Of a DNA stretch of 64,000 nt, positions 61,249 through 64,000 are shown piece by piece; position 1 is the first letter of the stretch; every line of letters begins with the position of its first letter. This DNA is from an uncultured Verrucomicrobiae bacterium (GTDB taxonomy: Bacteria; Verrucomicrobiota; Verrucomicrobiia; Chthoniobacterales; Chthoniobacteraceae), in NCBI GenBank assembly GCA_963769025.1, contig CAVYKI010000006.1, positions 448,001 to 512,000 of the forward strand, in the 5' to 3' direction. The notes under the pieces are model-generated. The model did not search any database. It was given only the letters and a program-made list of their open reading frames with translations, and was not told where the DNA came from. A program made the translations under genes and the position numbers.

Positions 61249-62886
61249 ATGGCGCCCAGTTACAGCCACGGCGTTTCCACAAAGCCGCTCATCGGCAAAA
61301 CGATCGGCGCGATGCTGGATGATGTCGCGGGGGAGTTCTGTGCGAATGAAGCGCTGGTCTCGGTGTTCGAGAATCGGCGACTCACCTACGCGCAGTTGCG
61401 CGGCGAAGCGGACCGCTGCTCGCGGGCGCTGATGGCCATCGGAGTCGGAAAAGGCGACCGCATCGGGCTATGGTCCACGAACTGCGCGGCGTGGGTGATC
61501 GTGCAATTTGCGACTGCGAAAGCCGGGGCAGTCCTCGTGAACATCAATCCCGCGTACCGCGCATCGGAGCTCGAATACACGCTCAACCAATCCGAGGCGA
61601 CCTGCCTGATCATCGGTGAAGGTTTCAAGGACACCTGCTACGCGGACATGCTGGCGAAGCTGCGCAGCAGGCTGCCGCATCTGCGTAAGGTGATTTCACT
61701 GGTGCCGAAAACGGGGCTGACGGAATGGGACGGGTTTCTGGCCGGCGCGGAGTGCGTCGAACCGGATGCGCTGGCTGATCGGGAGGCGTCGCTCGATTGC
61801 GATGACGTCATCAACGTGCAGTACACCTCGGGCACGACCGGCTTTCCGAAGGGCGCGATGCTCACGCATCACAACATCCTCAACAACGGCTTCTGGGTCG
61901 GCGAGCGGATGCGACTGACGCGTCTTGATCGGCTCTGCATCCCGGTGCCGTTCTACCACTGCTTCGGCATGGTCCTCGCGAATCTCGCTTGCGTGACCCA
62001 TGGCGCGACCATGGTCCTGCCAGCCCCGCACTTCTCGCCCATCCACACGCTTGAAGCGGTCGCGCGCGAGCGCTGCACGGCGCTGCACGGCGTGCCGACG
62101 ATGTTCATCGCCGAACTCGATCATCCGCGATTCCGCGAGTTCGATTTGTCGACGCTCCGCACGGGCATCATGGCCGGCGCGCCGTGCCCGATCGAGGTGA
62201 TGAAGCGAGTGATGAGCGAGATGCACATGGCCGAGATCACCATCGCGTGCGGGATGACCGAGACCTCGCCGGTTTGCAACATGACGGAGGTGGACGACCC
62301 GATCGAAGTGCGCACCGGCACCGTGGGCAAGGTCATGCCGCATCAGGAGCAAAAAATCATCGACCCCGAGACGGGCCGCATTCTCCCGCGCGGCGAGCCG
62401 GGCGAACTCTGCTACCGCGGCTATCAGGTTATGCGCGGCTACCTGAACAACCCCGATGGCACCCGCCAGACGATCGACGAGGCGGGCTGGCTGCACGGCG
62501 GCGATCTCGCCGTGATGGACGAGCACGGTTACGTGCGCATGACCGGCCGTCTCAAGGACATGATCTGCCGCGGCGGGGAGAAGATCTTCCCGCGCGAGGT
62601 GGAGGAATTCCTCTTTGCGCACCCGAAAATCGCCGAGGCATACGTGGTCGGCGTGCCCGACGCGTACTACGGCGAGCAGGTCGTAGCATGGGTGAAAGCG
62701 AAGGACGGTCAGACGCTGACAGCGGAGGAAGTGACCGCCTTCTGCCGCGGGCAAATCATGGATTACAAGATCCCCACCCACGTAAAATTCGTGAGCGAAT
62801 TTCCGACGACGGTGACCGGCAAGATCCAGAAATACAAAATGCGCGAGGAGAGCGCCCGGGAACTCGGTCTCACACCGACGGCCTGA
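61249..62886 (+). CDS. AMP-binding acyl-CoA synthetase (ACSF2-like)
   Basis: SD AGGAGG; QYTSGTTGFPKGAML, YHCFG, GMTETSP, PTTVTGKIQK. Confidence 0.92.
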   Translation: MAPSYSHGVSTKPLIGKTIGAMLDDVAGEFCANEALVSVFENRRLTYAQLRGEADRCSRALMAIGVGKGDRIGLWSTNCAAWVIVQFATAKAGAVLVNINPAYRASELEYTLNQSEATCLIIGEGFKDTCYADMLAKLRSRLPHLRKVISLVPKTGLTEWDGFLAGAECVEPDALADREASLDCDDVINVQYTSGTTGFPKGAMLTHHNILNNGFWVGERMRLTRLDRLCIPVPFYHCFGMVLANLACVTHGATMVLPAPHFSPIHTLEAVARERCTALHGVPTMFIAELDHPRFREFDLSTLRTGIMAGAPCPIEVMKRVMSEMHMAEITIACGMTETSPVCNMTEVDDPIEVRTGTVGKVMPHQEQKIIDPETGRILPRGEPGELCYRGYQVMRGYLNNPDGTRQTIDEAGWLHGGDLAVMDEHGYVRMTGRLKDMICRGGEKIFPREVEEFLFAHPKIAEAYVVGVPDAYYGEQVVAWVKAKDGQTLTAEEVTAFCRGQIMDYKIPTHVKFVSEFPTTVTGKIQKYKMREESARELGLTPTA

Positions 62887-64000
62887 ATTTACCGACCAGT
62901 TCGGACAACCGTCCGGTGATCTGGCCGAGCGAGCAGTGTTCGACGGTTTTGATCAGTTCGGCGAAGACGTTGCCGCCGCTCTCGACCACGCACGCAAGGG
63001 CGTCGAGGGCGCGACCGGATTTCGCGGCGTTGCGCCGTTTGAATTTCCGCAGGCGATCGACCTGAAGCTGCTTCTTGTTGCGTGGCGTGCGGACGACCTT
63101 CGGTTCCGCGAGCTGGTCGGCCGGGGTGACGTAGCGATTGAGGCCGATGATGGGGCGGGTGCCGTCGGCGATCTGCTGTTCGTAGCGGTGCGCGGCAGCC
63201 TGGATTTGCGCCCGCTGATAGCGCAGCTCGACGGCTGGGAGGACGCCGCCGAGACGATTGAGCGTGCGGAATTCGTCGAGGATCGCGCGTTCGACGGCCT
63301 GCTCGACGAGTTGCATCCCCGGCGAGCCGCCGAAGAGATTTGTCATGTGCCGGAAGAGGCCGGTCTCCTCAAGCAGGATGGACTGCGCGTGCGCGGCGAG
63401 GCGGACGTATTCCTCGCCGGGCGTGGTGAACGGTTCGTCGGCGCTGTTGCTGTGGCAGGAGTTGGTGGCGTTGATGTACGCGAGCAGCAGCTCGACTGCC
63501 GTGCGCGTCAGGTTGTTCTTGAACTCGTGGGCGATGAGCGAGCGTCCGCTGGTCTGCGTGTGGAGCCTGAAGAGCTGAGCGCGCTCGCCGGCGCCGAAGA
63601 CGTCGCGCATCCCGATGGCCCAGATCTTCCGGCAGACGCGGGCGAGCGCGAGGTATTCGATGTCGAGACCGCAATCGAGGAAGAACGAGAGCCGCGGGCC
63701 GAAGCGATCGACATCGAGCCCGCGCGCGCGGAAGAGTTCGACGTAGGCGAAGCCGTTGGAAAGCGTGTAGGCGGCCTGCTGCACGGGCGTCGCGCCGGCT
63801 TCGGCGATGTGGTAGCCGCTGATCGAAATGGGATACCAGCGCGGCATGTGCGCCGTGGTGTATTCGACCATGTCGGTGAGGAAGCGCAGCGAGGCTTCGA
63901 GCGGAAAGATGATTTCGTTCTGCGCCTGCACCTCCTTCAAAATGTCGGCCTGGATGGTGCCGCGCAGCTTGGCGGCGATGCGCGGCCCGAAGCGGCGCCG
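62870..64000 (-). CDS. B12-dependent acyl-CoA mutase, IcmF-like C-terminal part (start beyond the window end)
   Basis: RGTIQADILKEVQAQN, ISISGYHIAEAGA, RLSFF, HTQTSGRSL, IIGLN, SLGQIT. Confidence 0.85.
   Translation of the reverse strand, partial: RRRFGPRIAAKLRGTIQADILKEVQAQNEIIFPLEASLRFLTDMVEYTTAHMPRWYPISISGYHIAEAGATPVQQAAYTLSNGFAYVELFRARGLDVDRFGPRLSFFLDCGLDIEYLALARVCRKIWAIGMRDVFGAGERAQLFRLHTQTSGRSLIAHEFKNNLTRTAVELLLAYINATNSCHSNSADEPFTTPGEEYVRLAAHAQSILLEETGLFRHMTNLFGGSPGMQLVEQAVERAILDEFRTLNRLGGVLPAVELRYQRAQIQAAAHRYEQQIADGTRPIIGLNRYVTPADQLAEPKVVRTPRNKKQLQVDRLRKFKRRNAAKSGRALDALACVVESGGNVFAELIKTVEHCSLGQITGRLSELVGKFRPSV

Overview
High-GC bacterial chromosome segment. The DUF1549/1553 and PVC-type CxxCH proteins suggest a Verrucomicrobiota/PVC organism. 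Many isolated single-base indels suggest a long-read MAG. About 57 protein-coding genes; I found no rRNA, tRNA, CRISPR-Cas, integrase or transposase. Housekeeping genes: dgt, prmA-like, pilD, hslR-like, mlaEFD, dapF, ispF, suhB-like, coaC-like, gmk, yicC, tag, pcm. Less ordinary content: (i) a fused LuxE-LuxC acyl-protein synthetase/reductase without luciferase. (ii) A divergent pair of PVC-type dehydrogenase genes with a separate cytochrome c gene; one carries a ~440-bp low-GC, frame-broken internal segment and is followed by a ~14-copy 42-bp tandem array. (iii) A stand-alone 23-aa Lys/Ala histone-H1-like microprotein gene with its own SD and terminator, too short for the ORF track. (iv) A ~15-kb acyl-CoA catabolic island: prpDBC, a 2-keto-acid decarboxylase, three CoA ligases, a Cys-less thiolase with a DUF35 partner, an acyl-CoA dehydrogenase and an IcmF-like B12 mutase. 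All calls come from manual motif recognition; no database search was run.
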